This document shows, in pieces, positions 63,613 through 64,000 of a DNA stretch of 64,000 bases. The position numbers were made by a program, and so were the translations under genes. The first letter of the stretch is position 1; the number at the start of each line of letters is the position of its first letter. The DNA lies in NCBI GenBank assembly GCA_040390125.1, contig JAZJYZ010000001.1, forward strand, positions 70,428-134,427, given 5' to 3'. The notes beneath the pieces are model-generated. The model was not told the origin of the DNA. It did not search any database and saw nothing but the letters and a program-made list of their open reading frames with translations. This DNA is from Patescibacteria group bacterium (GTDB taxonomy: Bacteria; Patescibacteriota; Minisyncoccia; Phycocordibacterales; Phycocordibacteraceae).

Positions 63613-63790
63613 GAATGTATAACGTTATGAGATTCGCAGAATTCAGGGCGGGCTAACCCTCCTCTGTATCTGAGAACCTCGCTTTTAATAGGCTGAGTAT
63701 AGCAAAAAACGCCTTTTGTGAAAGACGTTTTTTGCGCCGTCGTTTTTAGAAAAGCTGAAAGCTGACACCTGTAAGCTGAAAGCTTCTTGT

Positions 63791-64000
63791 TTATCTCCCA
63801 TCCGTATCCGACCCAACTACCGTAGGGGCTGAGTCATCAGTGTCATCGAACTCGCCAGACTTCGGAGCTGTGCCAATTGCTTCCGCTGCCATATCAAGGA
63901 AGTTGCGGCCGTGAGGCATGAGGAATTTTTTAGGTTCTTCCGACATATCGATGAAATCGTTTGCTGACTCTATAAGTCGTGCTGAAGACGATTTACCAAA
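63791..64000 (-). CDS. Partial CDS (C-terminal 69 codons); the gene continues beyond the window end
   Basis: Stop-free reverse frame ...FGKSSSARLIESANDFIDMSEEPKKFLMPHGRNF...DGR*. It is not rpsO-like. Confidence 0.3.
   Translation of the reverse strand, partial: FGKSSSARLIESANDFIDMSEEPKKFLMPHGRNFLDMAAEAIGTAPKSGEFDDTDDSAPTVVGSDTDGR

Overview
This window looks like a streamlined, moderately AT-rich bacterial chromosome segment. Gene content and style suggest a CPR/Patescibacteria-like organism, but that is an inference I cannot verify here. It spans the chromosomal replication-origin neighbourhood: dnaA-dnaN on the minus strand, and rpmH-rnpA-yidC-jag diverging on the plus strand. I found five tRNA genes (Val-TAC, Arg-TCT, Ser-TGA, Arg-GCG, Lys-TTT). 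Housekeeping genes include polA, tsaE, tyrS, a class A PBP, ruvA, ruvB, ruvC and ruvX (all at separate loci), rpsT, a Mur ligase, ksgA, uvrD, comM/yifB, a dksA-like gene and pnp. Type IV pilus genes are present: a pilM-N-O block and a separate PilB/GspE ATPase. The most notable region is a co-directional minus-strand cluster of about 15 kb (roughly 36.7-52.2 kb) resembling a type IV secretion system. It holds a VirB4-class ATPase with a separately encoded N-terminal piece, a giant VirB6/TrbL-like polytopic protein of 1406 aa, a VirB2/TrbC-like pilin candidate, a VirB3-like small membrane protein, and several secreted proteins. Two paralogous '23S rRNA intervening-sequence' four-helix-bundle protein genes are interleaved in it. 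Many gene junctions carry a distinctive family of short, stop-codon-rich, AGCT-containing oligo-repeats. These often form inverted-repeat hairpins, and twice they sit in-frame inside genes (the ruvC N-terminus and the polA linker). Other points of interest: a tRNA-Arg locus with inverted and tandem tRNA 3'-end fragments; an inverted-repeat-bounded structured element after ruvC; an EEP-riboflavin-kinase fusion protein; an alternative oxidase; an HNH endonuclease abutting tRNA-Ser; a TrpR/YerC-like regulator bracketed by two near-identical palindromes; and an unannotated, GC-richer 0.7 kb gap encoding small CxxCxGxG peptides. Every call is based on reading the sequence and ORF translations by eye, with no database searches.
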